A stretch of 64,000 nt of DNA from Trichormus sp. ATA11-4-KO1 (GCA_019358915.1 JAHHIM010000003.1:121356-185355); one strand, 5' to 3'. Positions 20,484-33,006 are shown, counted from the first letter of the stretch. Notes: a model not told the origin generated them from the sequence alone. A program made the numbers and translations.

Positions 20484-20801
20484 CTAAACCAGTGTTATAA
20501 CTTGCTCATATTCTTCTTTATGACTTTGCAAAGCATCCCAAATATCAACTTTTTGCTGAAGATTGAGCCAAAGTCTTGGCCCGTTCCCTAAAGCTTTACC
20601 AAGACGGATTGCTATATCTACTGTAATTGCTCTTTGACCATTAATAATTTCATTAACTATTTGATTAGATACCCCTAAAATTTCTGCAAATTTCGCGCTA
20701 TCAATATTTAAATCATCTAAAATATCTGCAATTACTTCACCAGGATGTATTGGTCTTACTAATCTATCTTGCGTAATATCTTGCCAGTTATTCATAATCA
20801 A
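20484..20801 (-). CDS. higA: HigA-family antitoxin (XRE HTH)
   Basis: PIHPGEVI, AEILGVS, ITVDIAIRLGKALG..PRLWLNLQ. Confidence 0.92.
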   Translation of the reverse strand: MIMNNWQDITQDRLVRPIHPGEVIADILDDLNIDSAKFAEILGVSNQIVNEIINGQRAITVDIAIRLGKALGNGPRLWLNLQQKVDIWDALQSHKEEYEQVITLV

Positions 20802-20836
20802 TGTCTGACTATTTAATATCCTACTAACACCCTAGA

Positions 20837-21115
20837 TTAGTGGTAATCTTCAAGATTTACATCATAAGCATCACCATCTTCAAAGCTAAAAGTTATACGC
20901 CAGTTTCCCGATACCTTAATTGCCCAAGTTCTTTTACTATCTCCTTTTAATTCATGCAAGTCATAACCTGATAATCTAATATCGTCCACGATTAAGGCTG
21001 CATCTATAACTTCCAGTCTAATTCTAGTTTTCTTTTCTAGGTTTGCCGGAAATCCTTTATGAGAATTTTATTTGAATAAATTTTCTAAAGCTTTACTTTT
21101 AAATGTTTGAATCAT
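20837..21115 (-). pseudogene. higB: HigB (RelE-like) toxin with a premature stop at codon 16
   Basis: MIQTFKSKALENLFK*NSHKGFPANLEKK...LHELKGD...WAIKVSGNWRITFSFEDGDAYDVNLEDYH*; TAA at 21068-21070 where the paralog has GAA. Confidence 0.88.
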
Positions 21116-21171
21116 CTATTTGCTGATTTTCTTTTAGCCCTTTAAATCGTTCATAGCGATATCCTAAATTT

Positions 21172-21199
21172 AAAAATTAAGGCAGGCTTTATGCCTGCC
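21172..21199 (-). terminator. probable intrinsic terminator of chlH
   Basis: GGCAGGC-N5-GCCTGCC hairpin followed by TTAATTTTT on the minus strand. Confidence 0.55.
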
Positions 21200-21206
21200 C
21201 TACTGA

Positions 21207-24200
21207 TTATTCTATTCCTTCAATCCGGTCTTCAACTTCTTGGTACAACTCGCGTAGGCGGTCTAAATTCTCCTCGCTTGTTTCCCAATAACCGCGACCA
21301 TTCACTTCCAACAAAGTTGATACAATCTTGCGGAAAGAATGGGGGTTGAGGTTCATCAACCGTTTTTGCATTTCTTCATCTTTGATGAAGGTGTCGTTGG
21401 TGTCCTCATAAATCCAGTTATCTACAGCGCCGGCTGTCGCACTCCAACCTGTGGTGTTTACCAACCGCTTGGAAAGTTCGCGCACGCCTTCGTAACCGTG
21501 AGATAACATTCCCTCGTACCATTTGGGATTTAACAATTTCGTACGTGCATCTAAACGCACGGTTTCAGATAATGACCGTACCTGTGCATTAGCTGTGGTG
21601 GTGTCTGCAATGTAAGATGCTGGTTTTTTACCATCGCCCCGCAGACTTGCCACTAACTTGGTAGGATCTGAATCGAAGTAGTGAGAAACATCTGTCAAGC
21701 TAATTTCCGAAGAGTCCAGATTTTGGAAAGTTGCATCAGCAGTTTTCAAAGAGGTTTCAAAAATCTGCCGTGACTCATCCATTACACCAGGGTTATCGGA
21801 ATTGAAGGAGAATGATTTGCGTTTGAGGTACATTTCCTGTAACTCGGCTTCACTATCCCAAGTGCTGTTTTCTACCGCCAAGTTGATATTTGACGAGTAA
21901 GAACCAGAAGCATTAGAGAAAACGCGAGTCGCTGCTTGACGCAGATTAATTCCCATTTCCTCGGCTTGTTGCAAAGCGTGTTTACGAACAAAGTTCATTT
22001 CTAAAGGTTCGTCGGCTTCAGCAGCCATTTTCACGCCCTGGTCTAGCAAGTTCATTTGGTTGATGAACAAGTCACGGAATACGCCGGAACAGTTGATGAC
22101 TACATCAATTCTGGGTCTTCCCAATTCTTCTAGAGGTATCAATTCCAACTTGTTCACTCGTCCCAAGGCATCGGGAACCGGACGCACACCAATCATCCAC
22201 ATGATTTGTGCTAGGGATTCACCGTAGGTTTTGATGTTATCGGTTCCCCAGAGGACACAGGCGATGGTTTCTGGCCATCTACCCTCATTTTCAGCCTTGT
22301 TGCGTGCCAATAGCCGATCTACAACAATTTTGGCTGATTGGACAGCGGCTGATGTAGGAATTGATTGGGGGTCAAGGGCATGGATATTCTTACCTGTAGG
22401 CAATACATCCGGGTTGCGGATGGGGTCACCACCAGGGCCAGGTAGAACATATTCACCTTCTAAGCCTTGGAGTAATGCGCCGAGTTCGTTATCTGCACAA
22501 ACTTGTTGTAAGCAAAATTCCAAATACTCAAATAGAGGTTTTAGGGCGGCGCTATCAACTTTGGGATAACCTGCTTGATGCAATGCTTCTACCCAAGGTT
22601 CTTTTTTACCCATGTTGAAGAAGTTCAACCGGGAAACTAAAGAAACTCGTCCTTCAGCGTCGGTTTGGGCTTTGACTAGTGCGCCTACTGCTTCACGGGT
22701 GGCTAAGGTGATGTCTTGCAAAAGTTGGACATCTTCTAAAATACCCAAGTCACTGTTTTGGTAAATTTCATCAATGTTACGCCCGATGCTGTTGGCAATG
22801 ATGCGGGGTAAGCTGAGAATTTCTTCTTCTTGACGGTCTAAGCTGGCGATGTTAACCAGGGTAGCCACTGCTTCTTCCGCAGTTGGTGGTTTACCAATGA
22901 CGTGCAACCCACAAGGTAACAACCTCGACTCAATTTCCATTAGTTTACGATAGACGCTACCAACAATGCGATCGCGCTCATCGGCGGTCATATCTTTGGC
23001 ATCGGTTTCTGGTAAATTAATGTCTTTATCCAGGTTGACGATGCGGCATTTATCCATGATGGTATTGACAATAGGAATACCGCGCCCACTATCTTTTAAA
23101 GTTTGGTAAGAAGCAATTAATTCGCTAAGTTCCTTCAAACCTTTGTATAAACCTGCATTTTCTGCGGGTGGTGTTAGGTAAGAAATTGTCTCGGCGTAAC
23201 TGCGACGTTTAGCAATGGTGGCTTCGCTGGGGTTATTAGCTGCGTAGTAATACAGATTGGGAATTGTGCCAATTAAGTTATCGGGGTAACAATCTCCCGA
23301 CATCCCCATTTGTTTACCTGGCATGAATTCCAAGGAACCATGTGTGCCAAAGTGCAGGACTGCATCTGCGCCCCAAATTTGCTCTAAATAGGTGTAGTAC
23401 GCAGCAAAACCGTGATGAGGACTAGCAGAACGGGAGAATAATAACCGCATGGGGTCACCTTCGTAACCAAATGTGGGTTGAACTCCGATGAAGACGTTAC
23501 CAAATTGTTTACCGTAAATCAGCAAATTTTGACCATCGCTGTTGAGATGTCCTGGCGGTGGCCCCCAGTTTTCTTCTAGGCGTTGCGAGTAAGGGGTGAG
23601 TGCCTCATACTCTGGTACAGACATCCTGTAGGCAATGTTGAGTTCTGGGCTGGCATATTGCGCTTGGGCATCATGGATGACTTCTTCCATTAACGCTTGG
23701 GCACTTTCGGGAATTTCTTGGACGTCGTAGCCGTTGTTTCTCAGTCCCTTCATCACTTCGTAGATGGAACCGAATACATCTAAGTAAGCGGCTGTACCTA
23801 CATTACCTTTATCTGGAGGGAAGCTGAAAACGGTAATGGCAACTTTTTTGTTGAGTTTGGGTTTACGACGCAGATTAGCCCATTTTAATGCCCGTTGGGC
23901 TACTGCTTCCACTCGATCTTGCAGAGCGATCGCCTTACCTGTCGCCCCATCTCTACCTGATAAAATTATCGGCTCAATGGCTCCATCCAATTCTGGAATA
24001 GCAATTTGCAAAGCTACTTGAATGGGATGTAACCCCAAGTCACTATCCAACCATTCTTCTGTGGTTTGGAAAACTAAGGGTAACGCCACCATGTAAGGAC
24101 GATTCAGGCGTTTGAGTGATTCAATGGCTTTGGGATGATCTTGTCTGGCTGGGCCTCCTACCAAAGCAAAACCAGTCAAGGAAACTACTGCGTCAATTAA

Positions 24201-25193
24201 CGCTGTTTTAGTAGTCGGTTCATAGAAGTAAGCATCCACGGGTTTGGAGAAATCCAACCCACCAGCAAATACAGGAATTACCTTGGCACCGAGTGATTCC
24301 AATTCCTGGACGATCGCTACATAATGAGCATCATCACCTGTAACTAGATGTGTCCGTTGTAATACTAACCCTACACAAGGCGCTAAGGGATCTTTAAGAT
24401 CACTAGAAATATCCTTGCGGGCTGTATACCAATTCAGGTATTCTTTTACATCCTCAAACATAGTCGTCGCCAAAGGATGCCATATCCCCATGTCGGGATA
24501 GACAACTGGCGCTTGATATGTAGGCAATGCAAAATTTCGTTTGTCTACTTCTTTAAATACATATTTATCAGCCAGCATCAGCAAGAAGTTTTCCAGGTTT
24601 TCTGGTGAACCTCCCAGCCAATACTGAAAACTGAGCATGAAATTTCGTGCGTCCTGTGCCTTTTCCATTGGCAAGAACTTTAATACTTGGGGCAGAGTAC
24701 GTAACAGTTTCAGCATCCCATCTTGGAAGCCAGCCCCGGATTTCTCCTTGCGTTTCCGCATGAATTGAGCGATCGCACTCTTTGATTGACCCAATTGTGC
24801 CAAAGAAAAGCTACCCATTTTATTCAGGCGCATGACTTCTGGCATGGATGGGAACACCACAGAAACATCCAGGCGATCGCGGTATGGTTCAACAGCAGTA
24901 ACTACTTTTTGTGCTAAGTCTTCTATGAAAATAAGTGAGGCGATAAAGATATTAGCAGTTTCCATATCCCGTTTGAACTCTTCATAGTTCTCTGGGTCTC
25001 GGAGTTCCTCGATCAAGTACCCACTGATTTCAATCGCTAAATTGGGGTTGTTCGAGTTAATCGTGCTAACAGCTTGCGACAATGCACTTTGGTACTGGGA
25101 CTCAAGCACGACATAGACCACCTTGATTAAATTACGTCCGCGTAAGTTATCAGGCGCAATATGTCTAATGGTGGACTTGACGTGTGTGAACAT
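21207..25193 (-). CDS. chlH: magnesium chelatase subunit H
   Basis: 1328 aa; [38 protein letters not shown]. Confidence 0.98.
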   Translation of the reverse strand: MFTHVKSTIRHIAPDNLRGRNLIKVVYVVLESQYQSALSQAVSTINSNNPNLAIEISGYLIEELRDPENYEEFKRDMETANIFIASLIFIEDLAQKVVTAVEPYRDRLDVSVVFPSMPEVMRLNKMGSFSLAQLGQSKSAIAQFMRKRKEKSGAGFQDGMLKLLRTLPQVLKFLPMEKAQDARNFMLSFQYWLGGSPENLENFLLMLADKYVFKEVDKRNFALPTYQAPVVYPDMGIWHPLATTMFEDVKEYLNWYTARKDISSDLKDPLAPCVGLVLQRTHLVTGDDAHYVAIVQELESLGAKVIPVFAGGLDFSKPVDAYFYEPTTKTALIDAVVSLTGFALVGGPARQDHPKAIESLKRLNRPYMVALPLVFQTTEEWLDSDLGLHPIQVALQIAIPELDGAIEPIILSGRDGATGKAIALQDRVEAVAQRALKWANLRRKPKLNKKVAITVFSFPPDKGNVGTAAYLDVFGSIYEVMKGLRNNGYDVQEIPESAQALMEEVIHDAQAQYASPELNIAYRMSVPEYEALTPYSQRLEENWGPPPGHLNSDGQNLLIYGKQFGNVFIGVQPTFGYEGDPMRLLFSRSASPHHGFAAYYTYLEQIWGADAVLHFGTHGSLEFMPGKQMGMSGDCYPDNLIGTIPNLYYYAANNPSEATIAKRRSYAETISYLTPPAENAGLYKGLKELSELIASYQTLKDSGRGIPIVNTIMDKCRIVNLDKDINLPETDAKDMTADERDRIVGSVYRKLMEIESRLLPCGLHVIGKPPTAEEAVATLVNIASLDRQEEEILSLPRIIANSIGRNIDEIYQNSDLGILEDVQLLQDITLATREAVGALVKAQTDAEGRVSLVSRLNFFNMGKKEPWVEALHQAGYPKVDSAALKPLFEYLEFCLQQVCADNELGALLQGLEGEYVLPGPGGDPIRNPDVLPTGKNIHALDPQSIPTSAAVQSAKIVVDRLLARNKAENEGRWPETIACVLWGTDNIKTYGESLAQIMWMIGVRPVPDALGRVNKLELIPLEELGRPRIDVVINCSGVFRDLFINQMNLLDQGVKMAAEADEPLEMNFVRKHALQQAEEMGINLRQAATRVFSNASGSYSSNINLAVENSTWDSEAELQEMYLKRKSFSFNSDNPGVMDESRQIFETSLKTADATFQNLDSSEISLTDVSHYFDSDPTKLVASLRGDGKKPASYIADTTTANAQVRSLSETVRLDARTKLLNPKWYEGMLSHGYEGVRELSKRLVNTTGWSATAGAVDNWIYEDTNDTFIKDEEMQKRLMNLNPHSFRKIVSTLLEVNGRGYWETSEENLDRLRELYQEVEDRIEGIE

Positions 25194-25594
25194 GCTTCCT
25201 TGGCTCCTTTGATGCGTGTTCTCTAACTGAAGTTCTGAACGACATCCGCCGCCAGATTTACTTCATGATTTTTTTTCGGCAATATGAATTTTTTATCAGA
25301 AAAACTTTACCAGTTGAGCATTTTGTGGTCTATATGACACAAATCGATATAAAAAAATAAATATTTATTTATAAATGTTGAAAAATATAAAAGTGTATAC
25401 TCACAATTGTGTAAATTTTTCTTAATAATTAAGTGAGTGGGTACTGGGGATTAGGGACTGGGAGGAGAAAATGAAACCAATTCGCAATAGAGCCTACGGA
25501 TGCCGCCAGGCTGTACGCAATTGAATCAAGCCCGACATTAGGGGTAGGGTTTCTACCTACCTTGGGATAAAATAACTCATGACTTAGTTAACAA

Positions 25595-26836
25595 ATGACT
25601 CAAGCAGTTGATATTTTGATTCTTTCCAATGGCCCTGGTGAGTTAACAACCTGGGTACGTCCTGTTGTTAAGGCTTTGCGGCAAGAGCTAGGTGATGATC
25701 GTTCTCAGATTCGGATTTCTGTGGTTTTGTCGCCTTGTCCAAATGCCAGTGGTAAAGAAGCTGCGATCGCTTTGAGTTATCTAGAAGTGGATAGAGTACA
25801 AGCAGCAGAGCATTTTTGGCAGTTTTTGCTATGGGGTAAGACATGGGAAAATTGGGATTGGCGCGATCGCGGTGTAGTTGTTTTCCTCGGTGGTGATCAA
25901 ATTTTTCCGGTGGTCATTGGTAAAAAATTGGGATATCGCACAGTTGTTTACGCTGAATGGGATGCGCGTTGGCATAATTGGATCGACCGCTTTGGTATTA
26001 TGCAGCCAAAAGTGGCTGAACGAGTATCGCCAAAACATGCTCACAAATTTACAGTTGTGGGAGATTTAATGGTAGAAGCACAAACCAGTATTACTCAAAA
26101 CGCACCATCCCCTACGGAAATCATTGGTTTACTACCAGGGTCAAAAGCAGCAAAACTATCCCAAGGAGTGCCATTATGCTTGGCAGTTGCTGAATATATC
26201 TACGCCAAAAGACCTCAAACCAAGTTTGTGATTCCGGTAGCACCGACTTTGGATTTACCAACTTTAGCTAGTTTTGCTGACCAGCAGAAAAATCCTTTTG
26301 TGAAAGTTTTTGGCAGTTCCTCTGCTGTTTTAGTCGAGTCGGACAATCCGATTCTGAAAACAGAAACAGGCTTGTGTGTAGAGTTGTGCAGAGAAAATCC
26401 CGCCTATGAATTATTATCTCATTGTAGTATTTGTTTAACTACCGTAGGTGCAAACACAGCTGAACTCGGTGCTTTGGCTGTACCGATGATTGTTGTGATC
26501 CCAACTCAGCAACTTGATGCGATGCGTTCTTGGGATGGTTTACCAGGATTGTTAGCTAATTTGCCTGTTGTGGGTTCTAGTTTTGCCAAAGCAATTAATT
26601 GGTTGGTATTAAGTCGTAAGGGTTTGTTAGCTTGGCCGAATATTTGGGCAAAAGCAGAGATAGTACCGGAACTTGTGGGTAAACTCCAGCCGCAAGATGT
26701 GGGGGAAATTTTGTTGGATTTTTTGGATCATCCGCAAAAGTTAGATGAGATGCGAAATAAACTCCGCAGTGTTCGGGGTGAAAGTGGTGCGGCACGTAAG
26801 TTGGCAGTTTTAGTGAAAGAAGAAATGGAAAAATAG
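25595..26836 (+). CDS. lipid-A-disaccharide synthase-like glycosyltransferase (LpxB-related)
   Basis: ILSNGPGE, GLLPGSK, TVGANTAEL, LAWPN. Confidence 0.75.
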   Translation: MTQAVDILILSNGPGELTTWVRPVVKALRQELGDDRSQIRISVVLSPCPNASGKEAAIALSYLEVDRVQAAEHFWQFLLWGKTWENWDWRDRGVVVFLGGDQIFPVVIGKKLGYRTVVYAEWDARWHNWIDRFGIMQPKVAERVSPKHAHKFTVVGDLMVEAQTSITQNAPSPTEIIGLLPGSKAAKLSQGVPLCLAVAEYIYAKRPQTKFVIPVAPTLDLPTLASFADQQKNPFVKVFGSSSAVLVESDNPILKTETGLCVELCRENPAYELLSHCSICLTTVGANTAELGALAVPMIVVIPTQQLDAMRSWDGLPGLLANLPVVGSSFAKAINWLVLSRKGLLAWPNIWAKAEIVPELVGKLQPQDVGEILLDFLDHPQKLDEMRNKLRSVRGESGAARKLAVLVKEEMEK

Positions 26837-26880
26837 AGAAATGTTTTTATTTTGAATTTTGAATTGATTCATATTTGGTG

Positions 26881-27005
26881 GTGAGGTACAGAAGTAATGT
26901 TTTTTAACGCAGAGGAACGCTAAGGTAGCGCAGCGAAAAGTTGTGTGCGGGGGTTCCCCCAGTTGAGCAAACTTTTCAAGACAGAGTTACGCAAAGATTG
27001 CCAAT
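26881..27005. repeat. partial copy of the 58228-58368 MITE carrying a 51-nt nested insertion
   Basis: Matches the reverse complement of 58277-58350 apart from an insert at 26934-26984. Confidence 0.7.
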
Positions 27006-27062
27006 ATTTCTATCTTTTGAGTTTGAGAAATTCTTGATTAATACTAGGTATAAATTTTAGCT

Positions 27063-27449
27063 TTAATCAGAAGACTGACCATCTCTGCGTCCTAATTCGT
27101 AAATACCGGAACCAATACAGGCAAGTATACCGACGCTAATTGCCCAACTGCGTCCTAAGCTAATTTCTACTCCCCAGTTGCATAAAGCGCCAAATATAAG
27201 AAAGGGTATGATGCTGAATAGTGAGGCATAAAAGGCGTTTTGGGATTCTCTGGCTTTACGTGTCTTTTCAAATTCTGTCTGGCTGGTGTAAAGCGATCGC
27301 TCGGCAAAGTTGAACCAGCGATTTAGTTGCTCTATGACCCATTCACTGACTGGAGAAAACGCCAGATATAGCGCCAATGACCATACGCTTGTTCCAGCGA
27401 TCGCGATCGTGTCTAACTCAAAACGGAAGGGGAAAATTTCAGTCAGCAT
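27063..27449 (-). CDS. conserved cyanobacterial membrane protein
   Basis: 3 TMs; NRWFNFAERSLYTS..EFE..RKARESQNAF; likely start MLTEIF. Confidence 0.7.
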   Translation of the reverse strand: MLTEIFPFRFELDTIAIAGTSVWSLALYLAFSPVSEWVIEQLNRWFNFAERSLYTSQTEFEKTRKARESQNAFYASLFSIIPFLIFGALCNWGVEISLGRSWAISVGILACIGSGIYELGRRDGQSSD

Positions 27450-27708
27450 AGCTTGGGTCGTCCTGCAAATGGTCAATTTGACATGTGAACATATATATTG
27501 ACCTTCTAAGCAATTTTAAGCATAAAAGCTAGCAGGATTTCGTTTGTTTGGCAACTCTCTGGTTTTTAGCCCAGCCTTTTCCATCTTTGTGCCTTAGTGC
27601 CTTTGTGGTTAAAAAGTCATTTTTTTAACTAATAACATACCAAGAAACCCAGAAAAATAGGTAGTGGTAAATAAACAAATAACATCCTCATTAGAGAATT
27701 ATTTACTC

Positions 27709-27742
27709 AATCCCCTGGGTATCTTAGCCAGGGGATTTTTTC
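27709..27742. terminator. hairpin downstream of ftsH
   Basis: AATCCCCTGG...CCAGGGGATTTTTT. Confidence 0.45.
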
Positions 27743-27815
27743 AAGAACATTTAGCTGGCTGCTGGGTCTATACTCAGCACTCAGCACTTAGAAAGGCACT
27801 CAGCACTTTGCTATA

Positions 27816-29684
27816 TTAATGAGACACAGCCAATTTTTCATCAGTTATTTGGTTATGTTCAGCGACAATTTGGCGGAACAGTTCACCCTCAATTGTTTCT
27901 TGGTCTGCCAACAAATCTACTAAACGCTCTAAGGCTGTGCGGTTTTCTTGCAGCAATTCTTTGGCTTTGATATAAGAACTATTGACAATCTCGCGCACTT
28001 GTGAATCAATCTTGGCGGCAATTTCTTCCGAATATTCTGATTTATTCATCCAATCACGTCCTAAAAACACCTCGCTACTCTGATTTTCCAAGGACAGTGG
28101 CCCCAAATCAGACATCCCGAAGCGTGTCACCATTTGCCGTGCCATTGAAGTAACCTGTTGCAGGTCATTGCCAGCGCCTGTAGTTACTTCCGGCTTACCG
28201 AAAACAATTTCTTCGGCGGCGCGACCACCCAAAGTTGCAGTAATTCTGGCTTTGATTTGAGAACGAGAAATTAACCCTTGTTCTTCGTTGGGAGTAAACC
28301 AAGTTAATCCTAGTGCTTGTCCCCGTGGGATGAGGGTAACTTTCTGCACTGGGTCATGGTCTTTGAGTAATGTGCCAATTAAGGCGTGTCCGACTTCATG
28401 GTAAGCAATTAAGCGTTTGTTCTTGCTGTCTACTAAGGCAGTACCTTCCATACCTGCTACAACTCGATCCACCGCATCATCCACCTCTAAAATGGTGATC
28501 GCTTCTTTGCGTCTTCTGGCAGTGAGAATCGCTGCTTCGTTGAGTAAGTTGGCTAAATCAGCACCAGTAAAACCAGGAGTCCGCCGAGCGATCGCATCTA
28601 AGGATACACTGGGATCAATTTTCTTATTGCGTGAATGGACTTTCAAAATTTCCAAGCGTCCTTTGAGATCCGGTGCATCCACAATTACTTGTCGATCAAA
28701 GCGTCCAGGTCTGAGTAAGGCTGCATCTAGGACATCTGGGCGGTTAGTGGCAGCAATAATAATGATGCCTGTATTACCTTCAAAACCGTCCATTTCGGTC
28801 AGCAGTTGGTTGAGGGTTTGTTCTCTCTCATCGTTACCGCCGCCGATACCAGTACCCCTTTGCCTACCGACGGCATCAATTTCATCGATAAATATTAAGC
28901 AAGGGGCATTGTCCTTAGCTTTCTTAAATAGGTCACGCACACGGGATGCACCCACACCCACGAACATTTCTACAAATTCCGAGCCGGAAATGCTAAAGAA
29001 AGGTACACCTGCTTCCCCCGCGATCGCTTTTGCTAGTAAAGTTTTACCAGTTCCTGGAGGGCCAATTAACAGTACACCTTTGGGAATGCGTGCGCCTACA
29101 GCAGTAAATCTTTCTGGCTGCTTGAGGAAGGTAACGACTTCTCCTAGTTCTTCCTTAGCTTCTTCCACCCCAGCTACGTCTTCAAATTTTACTCCGGTTT
29201 TGGCCTCCATTTGAAAGCGCGCTCTAGATTTGCCAAAGTTCATCGCTTGGTTAGAAGCATTGGTAGAGCGCCGGAGAAACAATAACATCAAAGCGACCAG
29301 TGGTAAAATCCACATGAGGTTAATCAATAGCCCTACAGCAATCCTGCTGTTGGCAGAGGAAACCTGTCCAAAATCAACGTCTTGTTCTTTCAGTGTGTTA
29401 ATTAATTCAGTGTTTTGATTCAAAAGCCTGACTTGTATTGGTGGTGCATCTGGCTTTTGACCCTTGAGATAAACCTTGGCTATCTGTTCAGTTTCGTCAA
29501 GCTCTACTTTTTGAACTTCCCCTTTCTCCGTTTTCTTGATCAACTCACCATATGTTAGGGAGTCGCGCTCTGCTTTTTGCGCCAAGGCAGGAGTACCCAC
29601 GAAAATACCTGGCAACATCAGTAAACTAGCTGCTAGGGCGGCTGATCTTTGCTTCATCAATGCCTTGTTCCCGAAATTTTTCAT
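27816..29684 (-). CDS. ftsH: ATP-dependent zinc metalloprotease FtsH (type B, FtsH1-like)
   Basis: Walker [30 protein letters not shown]. Confidence 0.97.
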   Translation of the reverse strand: MKNFGNKALMKQRSAALAASLLMLPGIFVGTPALAQKAERDSLTYGELIKKTEKGEVQKVELDETEQIAKVYLKGQKPDAPPIQVRLLNQNTELINTLKEQDVDFGQVSSANSRIAVGLLINLMWILPLVALMLLFLRRSTNASNQAMNFGKSRARFQMEAKTGVKFEDVAGVEEAKEELGEVVTFLKQPERFTAVGARIPKGVLLIGPPGTGKTLLAKAIAGEAGVPFFSISGSEFVEMFVGVGASRVRDLFKKAKDNAPCLIFIDEIDAVGRQRGTGIGGGNDEREQTLNQLLTEMDGFEGNTGIIIIAATNRPDVLDAALLRPGRFDRQVIVDAPDLKGRLEILKVHSRNKKIDPSVSLDAIARRTPGFTGADLANLLNEAAILTARRRKEAITILEVDDAVDRVVAGMEGTALVDSKNKRLIAYHEVGHALIGTLLKDHDPVQKVTLIPRGQALGLTWFTPNEEQGLISRSQIKARITATLGGRAAEEIVFGKPEVTTGAGNDLQQVTSMARQMVTRFGMSDLGPLSLENQSSEVFLGRDWMNKSEYSEEIAAKIDSQVREIVNSSYIKAKELLQENRTALERLVDLLADQETIEGELFRQIVAEHNQITDEKLAVSH

Positions 29685-29967
29685 AATAATTACCCTTTGT
29701 CTGCTGGCATCAGCTGAGCGCTGGTTTTATGCCTATTCTTCTAGCAAAAACTGCAATAACTGGAAATCACTATTTTCTCATCTAGTCTAACTTCTACACA
29801 AAGCTGTTCCCCAGTTTTTCTTCGTTATTATTATGACTTCTGGATTTTCCTCCATGTAATTTGACGACGACAATCTAAATCGCTAATATAAATAAACATA
29901 ATCGTAATGACTTCGCTTTTTAAGTATCCTGGTGATAGTAGCTAATTATTGAGTTGATGGGTGAATT

Positions 29968-30513
29968 ATGGTGAAAATTGTAGGACTTGGTGGTAGTTTA
30001 AGAACTGACTCATACACCCAGCTCGCTTTGCAAGTAGCAGCACAACGAGTAGAAGCCTTGGGTGCAGAGGTAGAAATTTTGGATTTGCGGCAATTGCATT
30101 TGCCATTTTGCAATGCTGGAAAAGAATATCCAGAATACCCAGATGTTCAGCGACTACGTAATACTGTTAGTGGTGCTGATGGATTAATTTTAGCTACACC
30201 CGAATATCATGGTGGCGTTAGTGGTGTACTAAAAAACACCCTTGATTTGATGAGTTTTGAAGAGCTATCTGGTAAGGTGACAGGAGTGCTGAGTGTGTTG
30301 GGAGGTCAGTCTAATAGCAACGCCCTAAATGAGCTACGGCTGATTGTTAGGTGGGTACACGGCTGGGTAATCCCTGAGCAAATTGCTATTGGACAAGCCT
30401 GGAGCGCTTTTAGTCCTGAAGGGAAACTACTGGATGAAAAACTCTCCGAAAGGTTTGATAAGTTTGCTCAGAGTTTAGTTGATAATACTCGCAAACTCAG
30501 AGGAGTTAATTAG
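29968..30513 (+). CDS. NADPH-dependent FMN reductase
   Basis: GSLR..S, ATPEYHGGVSGVLKN.LD. Confidence 0.9.
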   Translation: MVKIVGLGGSLRTDSYTQLALQVAAQRVEALGAEVEILDLRQLHLPFCNAGKEYPEYPDVQRLRNTVSGADGLILATPEYHGGVSGVLKNTLDLMSFEELSGKVTGVLSVLGGQSNSNALNELRLIVRWVHGWVIPEQIAIGQAWSAFSPEGKLLDEKLSERFDKFAQSLVDNTRKLRGVN

Positions 30514-30599
30514 ATATCGACCGAAATTAAATATGCGTGATTCAGAAATTTTTTAGAGATGTAGCGTTGCTGTGTCTCTAATTTTGTCTTTATCCCCAA

Positions 30600-30634
30600 C
30601 AAAAAATCCCCCACCTTACAGCAGGGGATTTTTA
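30600..30634. terminator. bidirectional terminator between the FMN reductase and psaB
   Basis: AAAAAATCCCC...GGGGATTTTTT between convergent genes. Confidence 0.65.
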
Positions 30635-30659
30635 TTAACCTACAAAACTAGCAATTGAA

Positions 30660-32891
30660 TTAACCGAACTTACCAGCAGTGGAGGCAATCAAGAACGCTG
30701 CATAGGTCACAACATAGCCGACAGTGAAGTGGGCTAGACCTACCAAGCGAGCTTGAACGATGGAGAGAGCAACGGGCTTATCTTTCCAGCGAACTAAGTT
30801 AGCTAGAGGTGTACGCTCGTGTGCCCAAACAAGGGTTTCAATCAACTCTTGCCAGTATCCTCTCCAAGAGATGAGGAACATGAAACCAGTTGCCCAAACT
30901 AGGTGGCCAAATAGGAACATCCAAGCCCAAACAGACAGGTTATTCACGCCGTAGGGATTGTATCCGTTAATTAACTGAGCAGAGTTAGCCCAGAGGTAAT
31001 CACGGAACCAGCCCATTAAGTAAGTGGAGTTTTCGTTGAACTGAGCAACGTTACCTTGCCAAATACCTAGATGTTTCCAGTGCCAGTAGAAGGTTACCCA
31101 ACCAATGGTGTTCAACATCCAGAACATAGCTAGGTAGAAGGAGTCCCAAGCAGAGATGTCGCAAGTACCGCCACGGCCTGGACCATCGCAAGGGAAGGCA
31201 TAACCGAAGTCCTTTTTATCGGGCATCAGCTTGGAACCACGAGCATCCAAAGCACCTTTAACAAGTACTAGGGTGGTGGTGTGAATAGCCAGAGCGAATG
31301 CGTGGTGTACCAGGAAGTCGCCAGGGCCAATTGTTAAGAACAAGGAATTGGTGCCAGAGTTGATGGCATCTAACCAGCCACCTAACCAAACGTTGCCGTA
31401 GTTAGGATAAGCTGTGTAGGCGATGCTGTCGGGGTTAGACAACAAGGTATCTAAGCCGTACAGTACTTTACCGTGAGCAGCTTGAATGAATTGTGCGAAC
31501 ACAGGTTCAATCAAGATTTGCTTTTCAGGAGTACCGAAAGCAACTACTACGTCGTTGTGTACATACAAACCGAGGGTGTGGAAGCCTAAAAATAGCGATA
31601 CCCAGCTGAGGTGAGAGATGATCGCTTCTTTGTGCTTCAGCACACGGTCAAGTACGTTGCCCTTGTTTTGTTCGGGGTCGTAGTCACGTACCCAGAAGAT
31701 GGCGGCATGGGCGAAGGCACCAACCATCAAGAAGCCAGCAATATACTGGTGGTGAGTGTACAGCGCTGCCTGAGTTGTGTAGTCCTTAGCAATGAATGCG
31801 TAAGGAGGCAGGGAGTACATGTGCTGCGCTACCAAGGAAGTGATGGTTCCTAGTGCTGCCAAAGCTAGAGACAGCTGGAAGTGCAGTGAGTTGTTAATGG
31901 TGTCGTACAGACCTTGGTGAGGCAGGTTGAATTGACCTTCACTCTTGCTACCAGGTACTAAACCGGATTTGGAGTTGAGCATTTCTTTGATGCTGTGACC
32001 AATTCCAAAGTTAGTCCGGTACATGTGACCAGCAACAATGAAGATAACTGCGATCGCCAAGTGGTGGTGAGCCATGTCGGTCAACCACAAGGATTCTGTC
32101 TGAGGATGGAATCCACCCAAGAAAGTCAGAATCGCTGTACCTGAACCTTGAGATGTACCAAAAATATGGCTGGCAGTGTCAGGGTTCTGAGCGTAAACGC
32201 CCCAGTTACCTGTGAAGAATGGTGTCAAACCGGCTGGGTGGGGCAATGTGGTTAAGAAGTTATCCCAACCAACGTGCTGTCCGCGAGATTCGGGGATGGC
32301 AACGTGAATCAAGTGACCAGCCCAAGCCAAGGAGCTAACACCAAACAAACCAGCTAAGTGGTGGTTCAAACGGGGTTCAGCACTCTTAAACCAAGAGAGG
32401 CTAGGACGGAACTTGGGTTGCAAGTGCAACCAACCAGCAAATAAGAATAATGCTGCCAACAAGAGGAGGAACACGGAACCGGTGTACAGTTCGCTGTTCG
32501 TCCGCATACCGATGGTATACCACCAGTGGTAAACACCAGAATAAGCAATGTTTACGGGATTGCTAGCACCAGCTTGGGTAAATGCTTCGATAGCAGGTTT
32601 ACCAAAGTGGGGGTCCCAAATCGCATGGGCGATTGGGCGGACATGCAGGGGATCTTTAATCCACTGTTCAAAGTTACCTTGCCAGGCCACGTGGAACAGG
32701 AGGCTGGAAGCCCACAGGAAAATGATTGCCAAGTGACCGAAGTGAGTGGCGAAAATCTTTTGGTAAAGATTTTCTTCTGTCATGCCATCGTGGCTTTCAA
32801 AGTCGTTGCCTGTAGCGATCGCATACCATATCCGACGCGTAGTCGGGTCCTGTGCGAGATCCTGGCTAAATTTGGGAAATTTTGTTGCCAT
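30660..32891 (-). CDS. psaB: photosystem I P700 apoprotein A2
   Basis: [34 protein letters not shown]. Confidence 0.99.
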   Translation of the reverse strand: MATKFPKFSQDLAQDPTTRRIWYAIATGNDFESHDGMTEENLYQKIFATHFGHLAIIFLWASSLLFHVAWQGNFEQWIKDPLHVRPIAHAIWDPHFGKPAIEAFTQAGASNPVNIAYSGVYHWWYTIGMRTNSELYTGSVFLLLLAALFLFAGWLHLQPKFRPSLSWFKSAEPRLNHHLAGLFGVSSLAWAGHLIHVAIPESRGQHVGWDNFLTTLPHPAGLTPFFTGNWGVYAQNPDTASHIFGTSQGSGTAILTFLGGFHPQTESLWLTDMAHHHLAIAVIFIVAGHMYRTNFGIGHSIKEMLNSKSGLVPGSKSEGQFNLPHQGLYDTINNSLHFQLSLALAALGTITSLVAQHMYSLPPYAFIAKDYTTQAALYTHHQYIAGFLMVGAFAHAAIFWVRDYDPEQNKGNVLDRVLKHKEAIISHLSWVSLFLGFHTLGLYVHNDVVVAFGTPEKQILIEPVFAQFIQAAHGKVLYGLDTLLSNPDSIAYTAYPNYGNVWLGGWLDAINSGTNSLFLTIGPGDFLVHHAFALAIHTTTLVLVKGALDARGSKLMPDKKDFGYAFPCDGPGRGGTCDISAWDSFYLAMFWMLNTIGWVTFYWHWKHLGIWQGNVAQFNENSTYLMGWFRDYLWANSAQLINGYNPYGVNNLSVWAWMFLFGHLVWATGFMFLISWRGYWQELIETLVWAHERTPLANLVRWKDKPVALSIVQARLVGLAHFTVGYVVTYAAFLIASTAGKFG

Positions 32892-32939
32892 AGGTTTGAT
32901 AAATCCTCTGACCTTTAGCCATCAGGTGTCAGCTTTTGG

Positions 32940-32993
32940 AGTTCTGAGTTTTGAGTCCTAAGTTTTGAACTCAGCACTCAGCACTCAGCACTC
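32940..32993. repeat. STRR heptamer repeat (CTCAGCA)n in the psaA-psaB spacer
   Basis: ACTCAGC x3; also at ~908-925, 27772-27808 and 61781-61845. Confidence 0.7.
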
Positions 32994-33006
32994 CTTAACT
33001 GAATTG

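Noticed and set aside
28417..29214. 265-aa ORF antisense to ftsH
   Set aside because: Shadow frame of a conserved gene with no recognisable motifs
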